A stretch of 64,000 bases of DNA from Lingula anatina (taxonomy: Eukaryota; Animalia; Brachiopoda), in NCBI GenBank assembly GCA_051362555.1, contig CM120641.1, positions 35,346,401-35,410,400 of the forward strand, read 5' to 3'. The notes under the pieces are model-generated. The model was not told where the DNA came from and ran no database searches. It worked only from the letters and a program-made list of their open reading frames with translations. The translations under genes were made by a program, and so were the position numbers. Below are positions 38,201 to 51,277 of this stretch, piece by piece. Each line of letters opens with the position of its first letter. Position 1 is the stretch's first letter.

Positions 38201-41200
38201 GCAAAGTTCAGTTCATGGTGAAAAGTAGGTCAAAGGTCAATTTTAAGGTCACATTTATATTGCCAGTATATGACTTCCTATTCAAGTTCAATAGTAACTA
38301 TGGACCTATCTCTGCCAGTTTTGGAGATAAAAGGAAAGCAAAATTTGCAAAGTTCAGTTCATGGTGAAAAGTAGGTCAAAGGTCAATTTTAAGGTCACAT
38401 TTATATTGCCAGTATATGACTTCCTATTCAAGTTCAATAGTAACTATGGACCTATCTCTGCCAGTTTTGGAGATATAAGGGACTAAATGTTATAATTTTG
38501 GAGTTACCATAATGTGCCTTAAATTTCGAACAGAAAAAATTAATTAAAATAAAGAAAATGTCATTTTGGTCAAAATTCTTGAAATAGGAGGTGCTCTGAA
38601 GTTTCAGAAGTTCAAGTTTGATGAAATAATGTCATTTTTGAACACAAGTTGTCTGCTTTGCCAAGCCTTATGTTTTATTTTTCCAGAGTTCAAAATTTAT
38701 TATCCATTACCGTACTGCACATTTTGCTTTTACCACCAATATGTACTTTTTGATACAGCGTAACTCGAAAACCGTATGGAATACAAAAAAACCGAGACCA
38801 CCTCCAGTATTGGGCTTTACATGCAAAGTTCAGTTCATGGTGAAAAGTAGGTCAAAGGTCAATTTTAAGGTCACATTTATATTGCCAGTATATGACTTCC
38901 TATTCAAGTTCAATAGTAACTATGGACCTATCTCTGCCAGTTTTGGAGATAAAAGGGAAGCAAAATTTGCAAAGTTCAGTTCATGGTGAAAAGTAGGTCA
39001 AAGGTCAATTTTAAGGTCACATTTAGATTGCCAGTATATGACTTCCTATTCAAGTTCAATAGTAACTATGGACCTATCTCTGCCAGTTTTGGAGATAAAA
39101 CGGAAGCAAAATTTGCAAAGTTCAGTTCATGGTGAAAAGTAGGTCAAAGGTCAATTTTAAGGTCACATTTAGATTGCCAGTATATGACTTCCTATTCAAG
39201 TTCAATAGTAACTACGGACCTATCTCAGCCAGTTTTGGAGATAAAAGGAAAGCAAAATTTGCAAAGTTCAGTTCATGGTGAAAAGTAGGTCAAAGGTCAA
39301 TTTTAAGGTCACATTTAGATTGCCAGTATATGACTTCCTATTCAAGTTCAATAGTAACTATGGACCTATCTCTGCCAGTTTTGGAGATAAAAGGGAAGAA
39401 AAATTTGCAAAGTTCAGTTCATGGTGAAAAGTAGGTCAAAGGTCAATTTTAAGGTCACATATAGATTGCCAGTATATGACTTCCTATTCAAGTTCAATAG
39501 TAACTATGGACCTATCTCTGCCATTTTTGGAGATAAAAGGGAAGAAAAATTTGCAAAGTTCAGTTCATGGTGAAAAGTAGGTCAAAGGTCAATTTTAAGG
39601 TCACATATAGATTGCCAGTATATGACTTCCTATTCAACTTCAATAGTAACTATAGACCTATCTCTGCCAGTTTTGGAGATATAAGGGACTAAATGTTATA
39701 ATTTTGGAGTTACCATAATGTGCCTTAAATTTCGTACAGAAAAAATTAATTAAAATAAAGAAAATGTCATTTTGGTCAAAATTCTTGAAATAAGAGGTGC
39801 TCTGAAGATTCAGAAGTTCAAATTTGATGAAATAATGTCATTTTTGAACACAAGTTGTCTGCTTTGCCAAGCCTAATGTTTTATTTTTTCAGAGTTCAAA
39901 ATTTATTATCCATTACCGTACTGCACATTTTGCTTTTACCACCAATATGTACTTTTTGATACAGCGTAACTCGAAAACCGTATGGAATACAAAAAAACCG
40001 AGACCACCTCCAGTGTTGGGCTTTACATGCTCTACAAAATGCAAAAAAGAATGGGTCTCTAGCATTAACGGTTCCCGAATTAGAGACAGTTTTCAGTTTC
40101 GGTATCTTATGGCCGCTACTCCCGTGAAAATGCACCGATTGACCCTAAATTCATGGAGATGAAAGATGACCTGAAGGGTAACACTTTCCAATAATATTAT
40201 TGGTTAAGTCTGTGTGGTGTCTGAATAACAGGGCAAAAAAATTTTTTTTCGTAAAAAATTTCATTTTTTTGAAAATTTTGGCCCATTTGACCTTGAAGTA
40301 AAGGTCAAAGGTCAAATCCAAGGGTATATTTGAAATCTACACATATGACTTTTGGAAAGCCGTCTATAGAAATTTTTCCCATAACTCCTTCCGTAGGGTA
40401 GATAATTAGCATTTAATTTTGCCATTTTTAGACAAGGGTGCATTGCAATGAGTGCCACACCCAGACCCCAATACCGACAAAGCCCAAATTTTACGTGGAA
40501 CGAGTTGAGATTATAGGTGACCTAAATCCATGAGATGGGTATGGGGGGCCTTACCGTCTAGGAGGAGAAGCGGTAACGGTAGCCGTCCGGCGGAGCCGGC
40601 GGAGCCGGCGGAACGATCCGGACGAGACCGAAACCATGTGTACCGCCAGCGCTAACGCTGGTGGTACAATAATTGAGAATAAGCTATATAAGTTGATAAA
40701 GTGTTAAGAATGTTTTTGAGATTTTTGAAGTATTAAACCTACCCATCTTTTTTTAAAAATAAAATAGCCTTAACTCATGCCCCAAAGGCAATTGAAAGGC
40801 AAGTTGAATCCTTTTGAGATTTTTGAAGTATTAAACCTACCCATCTATTTTTTAAAAATAAAATAGCCTTAACTCATGCTCCAAAGGCAATTGAAAGGCA
40901 TGTTGAATCCTTTTGAGATTTTTGAAGTATTAAACCTACCCATCTATTTTTTAAAAATAAAATAGCCTTAACTCGTGCCTCAAAGGCAATTGAAAGGCAT
41001 GCTGAATCCTTTCTATGTAATAACATTACTGTCCTGGCTCAAAATCTGCTCATGCAAGAAATGGATCTAACCTTTAACTCAGTTTACACCACATGAAAAA
41101 AAAAATGTGTCCAAGAAACATTTTGCTGAAGCAGCAGATTATTTTCTGTTATCGCATTTTTAGTTTGTATATTATGATAGTATTAGAATAATTGCAGATG

Positions 41201-44200
41201 ATGATTGGTAAAATATGTTATTTTATATACGATTCCTTTCCATTTTATGATTATTGTTATTATAACTATAATAAAAAGGCAGCAATGCTATCAAATGTAC
41301 AGACAAAAAGCAAAAAATAAAGATTCACAAAATAGGTTAGCAAAATCAGCATCAAATTTGAATCATGAACAACAGGTAACACAGATATTAAGAATATGTA
41401 ACTGGCATACGGCTTCAGGCCCATGAGAGTTTAAATTCATACACTGAAATTCTCATTTTTATGTCAATATTTTAAAAATGAACAATTCACAAAAAAAAAA
41501 AAAAAAAAATCAGAACTTCATGTCAGGTATGCATTGTTGTCTATGATTTGTCTTGTCATAAAATAATTAATACATAAATAATGAAATTAATAAGACAGAT
41601 GCTTGCTTATCAACATACTGTATAGGAGCATGATGGGTGCTTTTTGCTTATTCTATAAATCCAGATACTGCTCTAAGAGATTTATCAATCTGTGATATAG
41701 AATATGATCGATTCACTTTGGAAGAGTTCTCTACTGGTGACTGACAGGGCTGTATTAAACATGGAAAAAACAGATTAATTTTCTTAATTTTCTTTATATG
41801 CTAGCAAAATCAACAGCATAAAACAGCGTAATATTTTCTCTCTCTGATTCTGATAGGTAGTTCAGCATGCTTTTTTGCTCCTTCGCACTGTCTAGTTCAT
41901 CTTCAATTTCATTGTGGCAGTGTTTATTACACCAAAACAATTTTCAAACTGATTACTGTTTGTCGCATACCCCTAACATTAATTAAGACTGGGAATGCAC
42001 ATGTAGCCACCAGACTCAACTACAAAATGTCTTCAAAGCATACTGCTCATTGTATGCATAACCCCGATATAATAAATCTTAGTAATTTCAGGCACAAAAG
42101 GACTGTTGTGAATACAGCTGAAGTTTACAGATAGATTTCTTATGTTTGTTTTCATTGCAAATTGGTTCAATCTTTTTGGTACAACCCATCTTTAGGAATT
42201 TGATTAAGATAAACTCAACACAGACAGCCAGTGTGACTCCACCACTGGGTGTGGCATACAGTTTACTTTCCATATGGGCATACATCTACCCAGGGCCACA
42301 GATTAATTATGTTCATTTTTCTTTAAAATTTTCTTCACAGTAAACAAAAGTGTCATGAATTACCCAGAGACATATCTGTGAATATCTAGGGAAAAATCAA
42401 TCCCTGGCATATGTAGAGGGTAGCATACGCCTGCTGTGAGAACATTTTTATCAGATGGCAAGACCAGAAGAGCAAGGTTCATACCAACAAGTGTGGATAC
42501 CAGTATCAGGCTTGTAGCTGGGGTGGGGGGTGGGGTGGGGGTAGGGGGGAGGGTCAGGAGGTTCAAACCCCTTTTTTGCTGGGAAAAGGTCCCATCTGGG
42601 TAAAATTTTATCTGGGTACATGAAGGTTTCATGGTAAAATGTCCCCTTTTCCAGAAAAAGAACCCCCCTTTTCAAATTGCTGGCTACGGACCTGCCAGTA
42701 AACTGTATCTGTCATGTTAATACAATTGAAGTGTCTTACTCCATAGAGCACAGCTCCCAGCCTAGAACCCACATCAAGCACCATCTTCTCGGCAAGGTCT
42801 GGCAACGCATACTGGAACACAAACTTGACCTGTGTCTTAGACATAGAGTGGCTGACAAAGGCTGAAATATTGGTGAAATGGGGTTATAAGTGGCATTTTG
42901 AGACTAGTTCATGAAAACAACCGACTATACTCAATGTCAGGGTGCTAACTTTTGGATTTAACAGATTCCTGGATTCAATGAAAAATATGAATTCAATTAT
43001 TGAGAAATGGCTTTCTAATTCACCTTTACAAAAATCAACTACACCAGTAAACTTAAAAGAATGACCATTAGCTTTATTTCATTATGTGAGAAGTAATAAG
43101 ATTTGTCAATATATATATATATATAGAGTTGACAAGTAAAAAAAAGGTGATTCTCCATACTCAGTGGTGCGGTGTCGTGGGACAAGCACTTTTTACAATA
43201 GTTTCTGCTCATAGATCCTTCCTCACACAGCTGGTCTATAATATCATCTGTGTACAGAAAGGCATCCACACTAACTGTAGTCTCTGGGTTGCACTCCGTT
43301 CTCTGGAATGTGGCAATGCTTTAAGATATGAATTTACTATGATTTTTCACATCCAATTTACAAATAGAGTTTAAACCACAAATGGAAAAGCACTGAAATA
43401 ATTGATAAAGAAATTGTATTTAATAAAGCTTTTCTGATAGAAGTGCAATAAAGACCCACTAAATGCATCAGGAAATTAGCCTTCATTACAATAATGTACA
43501 TTCATAAAGAATAAATTAACAGCATGCTGCTAAGTAAAACAGAAAGCATACCTAATAAAGGATGAATTAACATACAAATCAAATCTTGGTATTAAGTATT
43601 AATGCAGAGTTAATCTTATATTGGGAATAAACTATGGCCTTACAGAAAACCAATAAATAAAACCTGATGCATAATAAAACAGTAATAATCTATTATTGAG
43701 ATTTGCTTTGATGAGAAAATGGAGGTCATTGACATCTTGTCTTGAAATTCTAGTTAGAATAATGACTAGACAAATTACGGAGGCGGATTTGGGCCGTCTC
43801 CTGGGTCTTCCAGAAAACGGTCAGATTTTCAAGTTTACACTGACGGGTATCTATTTTTTTTCTGTGGGAAGACGGTCAAAACTGGTGGATAGATTGACAA
43901 AGATAATTTGGAAGACTGTCATAAAATATCTCTGGGTCTGCCCCTGAAATTATTGGATAATGATAAGTAAATTGCATGACCCTTCTCTCCACCTCTTACT
44001 CTAGCTGGTATGGTCACAGACAGATTAAATTTAGAACGTATTCCCATAGATTTTAGATCGATCTATCCCCGTGGGGAGTCACACTAGATTACTGTTAGAT
44101 AATCCGGCTTAAATGTCCGTCCCGCCTACTACAAGCTGTAAGTGGGTAATTAACTTTCGTGCCCGCTCGGCTGACAGCTATTTAGCGTGAACCCCCCAGG

Positions 44201-45358
44201 GAGTTAGGTCGATCTATTTTGGATCGATCTAATACCTGGGAATGGGATCTTAGACAAAGGGTACAGGCACATACCTACACCATTAAATTAAAAAAATTGC
44301 AGGTCTAGTCTTCTCTTTGAAAGGGGAGAAAACTGTTCCATCCTTGGTCCACAAAATCAAATTAAAACACAAAATTCACAACTATTCAGATACTGGGTAT
44401 TTCTAATATCCTGAATGAACAACGTAAAGGCACCAAACAGCTAGGTAACATTATTTTTACTACTTTCTCTTATCCTTTGTTCAAACCTATTTGTGATGGT
44501 AACTCCCCTTATTGTCAGTAGGAAAAACAATGTTTTCCTTGGGTGCCAATCCCATCAATGGAACTTCTTCACGCAAATCATCACATATACTGTTGAGAAA
44601 AACATCGGCTTCTGACAGTCTGTCCATGCTTTCAACTGGAAATGAATGGTTACCAAGTTACTCTATTCATGCACTGTAGTTAATTGAGAAGGAAAAAAGA
44701 AAGGACTGAGGGAAAGAAGAAAGGTAAAAAGGATTTCCACTAGCTATACCTTTAAACATGTTACTAGTTTATGTATGATAACATCCCTTCACTTTTATTC
44801 TCCACACCATAACTCTACTGCATTGTTACCACCACCCCCCTCCCACACACTGGTAATGATGGAGTAATGATATAGGGAAAGTAAAGATGGGAACTGATGA
44901 TTTATATGGGGAATGATACATATGGGGTTGTAAAGAAATGATCCCTTAAACATTCTGAAATGTGACATGGCCCTGATTTCTGCATGTAACTAAATAATAA
45001 TTAAAATACTTTAATTATATTTTATTATAAGGACTATTAGGACTGGCAAAAGTCCAACTAAAAATTAATTTTCTATATTTAAAAATACATGTATACAAAC
45101 TGTACATTGTACTTGTACCAGTATACTGGTGCAAGCACTCTTTCTATATATATGCACCTGTGAAATGCATTCCCATAATTCCAATTAATTTGAAATATAA
45201 AACCCTGTTTAAAGTTATCTATAAGATACACGGGTTAATTACGTGCTCGGACAAGTACATACAAATTGCTGGCTATACAAGATAGTGGAATAATGTAACA
45301 TATTTAGAAATTGACTGATGACGCACTGCATTAGAGTATTAGACTAATCATTAGTCTA

Positions 45359-45401
<43 letters not shown>

Positions 45402-45521
45402 CACGTCACCTTGAGTTTGGCAATATACATTTGCAACCCATTCTATAAATTTTGGTAGCACCAAAGGGTCAGTTCTACTGAGGAGATCTTTAAATTCATC
45501 TTGCGCTGTGGGGAAATCCAT
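34891..45521 (-). CDS. Uncharacterised class-I SAM-dependent methyltransferase-like protein, 8 exons: 45521-45410, 44635-44508, 43302-43161, 42861-42740, 36842-36686, 36294-36234, 35929-35839, 35028-34891 (~316 aa)
   Basis: The exons join in frame (951 nt): MDFPTAQDEF...; TTVSVDAFLYTDD; MSRNYCKKCLS; FVSHS; motif-I-like VLDVGSRLGAVLYG; IKGVEIN; CADI; ADVVVLNNVFEFF; LVTVPSLEES; ...GIYLYTVL*. All introns are GT-AG except intron 2 (see findings). From memory it resembles the mouse 2700097O09Rik / zebrafish zgc:109986 family; not verified by a search. Confidence 0.88.
37430..40672 (-). mobile_element. Non-autonomous Helentron/HINE (DINE-1-like) rolling-circle element with an internal satellite array, in intron 4 of the methyltransferase-like gene
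   Basis: Perfect 15-bp subterminal inverted repeats: TATTGTACCACCAGC (37463-37477) and GCTGGTGGTACAATA (40657-40671). Hairpin at 40639-40668. (CCGGCGGAG)-type microsatellite at about 40587-40615. Small palindrome GAGGCG-ATAC-CGCCTC (37443-37458). The minus-strand 3' end is CTAG followed by TTT. No transposase ORF. Confidence 0.82.
37640..39690. repeat. 146-bp satellite, two blocks of six units (about 37640-38480 and 38821-39690)
   Basis: Anchor aagtaggtcaaaggtca recurs at 37931, 38077, 38223 and 38369, then 38845, 38991, 39137, 39283, 39429 and 39575 (146-bp period). Two more diverged units lie near 37643 and 37786. Confidence 0.95.
40714..41012. repeat. 98-99-bp tandem repeat, 3 copies
   Basis: ttttgagatttttgaagtattaaacctacccatc... 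starts at 40714, 40812 and 40911. Confidence 0.92.
42507..42694. mobile_element. MITE-like element
   Basis: Imperfect TIR CAGGCTTGTAGC / GCTACGGACCTG, G/C-run interior, flanked by ccagta(t) and ccagta(a). Confidence 0.6.
44040..44243. mobile_element. MITE-like inverted-repeat element
   Basis: The 5' end attcccatagattttagatcgatc pairs with the 3' end gatcgatctaatacctgggaat. Internal gatcgatc palindromes. Confidence 0.55.
45364..45400. repeat. (GA)n microsatellite next to the intron-1 donor of the methyltransferase-like gene
   Basis: Directly visible. Confidence 0.95.
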
Positions 45522-45636
45522 TTCTCGTGTCTTCTTTCAAAACGAGGTCGAGAATTCCCAAGACAAGCCCAACTGTGAACAATGTACGCACATACTGTCC
45601 AAGATTAGATTTATAAATAGTTAATTAATAAATATT

Positions 45637-45870
45637 CAGGGGCAGATCCTATCCAGGATTATTTGAAGGGGGGGGGGGGGGGGGGGGGGGTCCGTGAATG
45701 CGAATCCGACCCCCTCCTTGGCGTGGGATTCGGGGCCCGCTTAAAGGGCGAACGGTGCCATTTGGTAGCCTACGAGGGGACCATTTGGTGTGATTTTTTT
45801 CAGAAATCCAAGGGGGGGGGGGGGGGGGGGGGGTCAGGACCCCTCGTGACCCCCTCTAAATCTGACATTG
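45637..45870. mobile_element. MITE-like element, same family as 11569-11807
   Basis: CAGGGGCAGATCC...G-runs...tcaggacccc...AAATCTGACATTG, flanked by direct repeat AATATT (45631-45636 and 45871-45876). Shared internal segment ccttggcgt..g.tt.ggggc.cg.t. Confidence 0.7.
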
Positions 45871-45976
45871 AATATTGTATGACAACATTCAAACTTTTTA
45901 AATTGTACTAGTACGAGGTTTTACATAGCGTAGGCCTACAGTAAATTGTAATGCGAAAGGTTTCGATCAATTATCT

Positions 45977-46237
45977 CAGTGGCGGGTTTAAGGGAGGGTC
46001 AGGGGGGGCCTTCAGTTTCTAAAAAAATAACACTAATTTTCCCCTCTTGGAATTAGAATTTTGACTAGCTGATTTATAGTTATAAATCTTGCCAAATGGC
46101 TTCGTTTGCGCTCTAAAATACCAAAATTTTTCAGCGGACTCCGAACCCCACGCCAACGGGGGGTAGGGGTGGGGGGTCGGGTCGGCTTCGCATCGGCAGA
46201 CCCCCCCCCCCTTTCATACATTCCTTGATCCACCCCT
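45977..46237. mobile_element. Degenerate MITE-like element with CAGTGGCGG terminus
   Basis: Starts CAGTGGCGGGTTTA and ends GATCCACCCCT, with G/C runs like the neighbouring MITE. Confidence 0.5.
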
Positions 46238-49200
46238 TTTAATTCAAGATAACACTTGTGCTGTAACATCTTTAATTAAAATACAGCACAAAATCTTGGA
46301 CAAATGAAACGAATTACAAAACAACACTAGTGTTTGGAATGGATGGCTAAAGTGAGGTTGCCAAATTGGCAAAAGAGTAGTTTATCTCAGCAGAGTTTAT
46401 CTCAGTAGATCTTTGCCTTTAAGAATGTACTGGTAATTTATGGAGTAAATTCAAAGAAAACAATTTGAACGCAAACACATATCCTACAAAAGTAAATTCC
46501 ATGCACCCTTTTTTTTTTTTTTTTTGTTTTTTTTTGTTTTTTTTTTTAACAGTTCAAGCAGAGGCTAGTTATTTCATCGCTAAAAAGGAAGGTTATTTAA
46601 AAAGAAAGCTGTCTCTGGTTTAATTCACAAATTCATTAGACGACAAGGCTGGATGATTGAAAAAGTTTTTGAGCGATTTCATAATATTAGTAATCAACAA
46701 TAATATTAAAAAGTCCAAATCAAATGAATATGATAACAACTCGCATCATTATAAACCTCTGGGCTTCAGGTGCTTATAGTTTTAAATAAACCCACGAAGG
46801 ACACCACTAATTGTTGTTGTGTGATGCCGTCGCCGAAAGATTCTCGAAATGAAGGGCATTACAAAAAGTAAATGTATGAAAAAGTAAATTAAATGTGCTG
46901 GAAATTGATTTTTTGGTACATATGCGCGTTACCGACAAAATATAAGCTGATTAATATTGAGGACACCCACACATAGCACTATTAGACAATCTGGATTGTA
47001 TAATCAGATAAAAGCGTGGTCCGTCGGCAGCTTTATCGGTGTGCTGGGTTAAGCATTTAAAAAGGAATGCTAGGCTTTCTATTTACATTTAGTTTTTGTT
47101 CACCCCCCCCCCATAAAAACAAATAAAGGCGAATCTAAAATGGAAAAAAAGGGCTTTATTTTAACTAAAAGATGTCAGTGTAAGAAAATTCATATTCGAA
47201 AACCTTTCTAATAATTAAAAAAACAATACATATTATATTTTACCCACAATATGTGTGATAAGACCAGGCCTGCTTATATCCAACTTCGCAGTAGATGTCG
47301 TTAATGCAACTCAGAGCATGAATGGGTACATAAATATGTGAAGAGGGAAACGCACTTTCACAATTTCTACATGTGTGTATGCAATTTTTTCCGCCACCTC
47401 CCACGCACACAAAATAAAATAAGGAAAAAAGGAAAGGACCCCCCCGCTGTATCTTCTTGTACTAACATGTTGCCACAGACTTGCCTTATTACTCCTTTTC
47501 CCTTGTGTTTCTCCGTTCTTATTTTAAGCGGACGATGGAGTCTGTAAACTTACAACCCTGTATATAATTAAATAAAAACACGTCAATACACTTCCCCGCG
47601 TTCACACTCCCACACTGCACGACACTTTTCACTTGGTTTAATTGCATTTTCTCCTTTACACCCAAAAACGTTTATTCCCAAAGGTGAAAAAAATGTACAG
47701 GGTTAATTTGTCACATTCAACACGAGACCTTCCATACTAGCAAGTAATCTGTGATTCTGAAAGTACTGGATTCATTCGTTCTTCGAATTCAATGCCTAAG
47801 TGCAAATATTTCCGGGGTTCACATTTCCAGGCATTTTTTAAATGTTCAGCCATTACGGCTCAAATCGACTTAAAAACACACCTTCAAAAGTCAAATCATA
47901 CTCTACTTCATTGATTGTTTTTGTGAGTTCCCCAATGTTTCTCCTTCTCAATATCTTTTGTTTAGAGCATATACTTTCCCGCCATTCATTAATGTGCTAG
48001 CAAAACCTAATAGCGTATATTTATTCAGGTAGTCAACCCCGAAGACACTTATCAATTAATTGTCAAATGGATTTTTAACCTTTCTGAGTTGTCTGAATAA
48101 TGGGGTCTCAATGTTACTTAATGAATATCTTTTCTTTTCTTCCCTCCCTTTAGCAGGTGTCAATAGAGAGACAGACAGAGAGGACGATCTGCTTCACGAT
48201 TTTAAATTTCTTTGCTGTGTATTGACACGAGATTGGGATTTTTGTTATTGAAGACCTACACGTACTGTTGGGGAGGGGGGGGGGCTGAAAACAATTGCCA
48301 TGCTCGTCACATTCATGCTGAGTCCCCTTTCTTGTCGACTGTTTTGTAGGACAGCTTCGCACTTATTATCTAGAACCTTGTTTTATGCAAGCGACATTTT
48401 TTGTCGCCATTGGAATGTAGACTGAAATAAATAATATGCGATAAAGAGCCCTCTTCCAGCTGATTTGAAATATTGGATATGACGCACGGTGCAAATCCTG
48501 CATCAAGACTGTAGCACTTGGCATATGACCCTTATAATAGTTTAACAGAGGCAAAACGCAAGAACCCTGTCAGTCTCTTATGGCCATTAGATTGTCAAGG
48601 ACAGATCCGAAACGTTGATTTGAGACATCACATAATCCTTCAACCTAACATGAATTTTTCATTATAGCACAGTCAACAATTGCGTCTTCACCATACGGTA
48701 GTTTTTACTTCAGTGTATGATTGAGATTGTTTGCATGAATAACAGTTTTGAAATTATGATTTGATACAGAGCAGAAATAGAGAAAACTCTTTTTTCCTAT
48801 TTAATTTTTTTGAGCTAGTAACAAGACCTAGGCATAACTTGTCCAGCTTCCACGGCTTTTCTTTGACGCCCATCTTGGAAGACAAATCCAAATTCTCTTA
48901 CACTTAAGACGTGCATCTAGGCCATATCACGTACATCGGACACAATCACACAATTATACGATGTTTTACTGTGTACGAACTTGGGTAATATTGGCTTGAC
49001 GTGTGTGCTGCCGTAAAATAATATGTTGCTACATGTCACCTATGAAGTCAATGAAATAATGCTATAAAATTCTTAACTGTATTTTTATTTTATATGAAAC
49101 CAACATATTACCAATGCCACGACTTAGAAAAATTTTCATTTCATCCCCTTAGGATTACATGCTAAATGCAATTATAAATATTTCACTGACCTATTTTACA

Positions 49201-51277
49201 AGATGTCTACTAAAATAAAACATGAAAATCAGATTTAATTCGTTGTAATCATTGATTCGTTAATTCATTGAAAGCGGTTAATTTGTCAGTCAGAAGTGAT
49301 TAAGCCGGACCGAAACATTACCCAAGTCAGAACCCAATTGCATGCAAGAAGATGGGGGCGGTAGCTGGGTATAGCAACATGTAGATAAAAAAATTATTGA
49401 TCAAAACTATCCGCCACACATACGCCTTCGCAAAAGGAACGAAAGAATATTTGAAGGCCAAAAGAACTGTGTAAACTGCAAATTATCACGAGGTTGTTGG
49501 TGGGGGGGGGGGGGGGGGGAGGGATTAAAATGGACAATGCCCCCTCCTTTTTTGAAATCTGAAACTGCCTGTATCAGTGAACTGTTTATTCATTACATGT
49601 AAGTGGCTGCTTTCTGTGCCTCATGAGCATGACTCTGGGACGTATATCCATGTTGGCGGCACGGTTAAATCAACTTAAATTTCAGACAATGAATCTAGAT
49701 CTAATATCAGGTTTCAGTCCACGACCGAGTCTAGACTTAACGTGATTCAGTGCGGTTGTATGTAACCACAGAGGTTTGCCCTATTTCTCCATCACGAATC
49801 ACCTTATCGCGGAGAAAACGCGTGGCTTTGGGATGTCTCTGCTCTTGAGCAAAGATAACGTCCATGGATTCAGTTTTTACAGTCTCGCATCGCCTGAATG
49901 CAAATCGATCACCGAAATAAATACAACTGCATTTGCTTCTTCCAAATCTTAGGACACATTTTTGGTACAATACAGGAATGTCAATAACATATTTAAAAAT
50001 ACACAACGGAGGAAAAAAATTAGCCTTCCCTAAGGTAGCTTTGATTAAAACATAGATCTCGCAGTTTGAGAAGTCAAATAGAAATTGAAATCAGACAAAA
50101 AACGAATGTATTCGGAAGCAATATGGTGCGTGTATACTGACTTTGATTTTTATTTATAAGATGCAACAGAAGATGCCACACTGCTTTTCAATCTGTTGTG
50201 TCATTTCCTCTGAGTGTATCAATGAATCAAATTGAATCGGTTTATACATGTTCCCCTTACATCTTTGAAGTCCCTGGAGTAGACGCGGAAGCTTTTGCCA
50301 GCGTCAGAGACAGAGTGCCTTAAAGCTTTGATTATGGTGTTCGGATTCGGGTAGTGACAACAGTCTGTGAGGACATCTCGTTTTTTAAAAGTATGATACT
50401 TTAAAAATACTAAAGACCATTGTTTTCTTTCAAAAGTTACTGTTCACTTTATATTCACTTTTGTGAAACATCATACTTGGGAAAATATTTGATAACCTAA
50501 CATTATTTTGCAGAAATTTGGACAATAATACAAGCTGTGTGAATTATAAAATGGACACACGTTAAGATAAAAAGTGTTTGTAGACGCGGTGAAAGCTGGT
50601 CGATTTATTTGAATGAGGCAAAAGCAACCTGTTAATCACAAAAGTATGTGTTATCTTTCATTTTATGTTACCGCATCAAATAAATAATTGCCTCGTGGCT
50701 GATTGCACGATGTTGTTGATGGTATGGCAATTAAACAGATATGGTTACGCAGATCTCAGTGAACTTCTCGTCAGAAAAAAATTACTCAATTTTGGATTGA
50801 TTTATCAAGTTGTAACGCAGAAAGACTAAACGAACATCGGTAGTGAGTGGAAAAATAGCTACATGTACAGTTTATTTCGCAAAGACGCTATGAATGGTAC
50901 CAGAAGATGAGACAGGAAATAAAAAAAAAGTTAGCCTGTATAGTTAAATTAGAGTAAAGCACAGACTGGAGATATTTTTTGACAAATTCAACAATCACTA
51001 TTACGTCTGCAGATGTTTTTGAGTGCATCTTAAATAACTGGTAAATCAATTGCCCAAAGACGAGATGATAATTTGTTGCGGTGAAACACTTTGGAGTTAT
51101 TTGCCACTTGTCAGTGTCTCAACTGAGCTCCTACGCTAATGTCACGACATATGTCAAAATATGACCAGTTTCTGGCACCAGCTGATGCTCATGAATTTCA
51201 CCGAACAATATCGTGTTTTTTTTTCAAGAATGGATTTGTACAAGATGAAGGCACTAAGCCACAAGTATAACTGCAGT

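Noticed and set aside
37640-39690. 146-bp array (and the 43-bp array at 11012-11480) as a CRISPR-like locus
   Set aside because: The units are head-to-tail with no unique spacers, there are no cas genes, and the DNA is eukaryotic.
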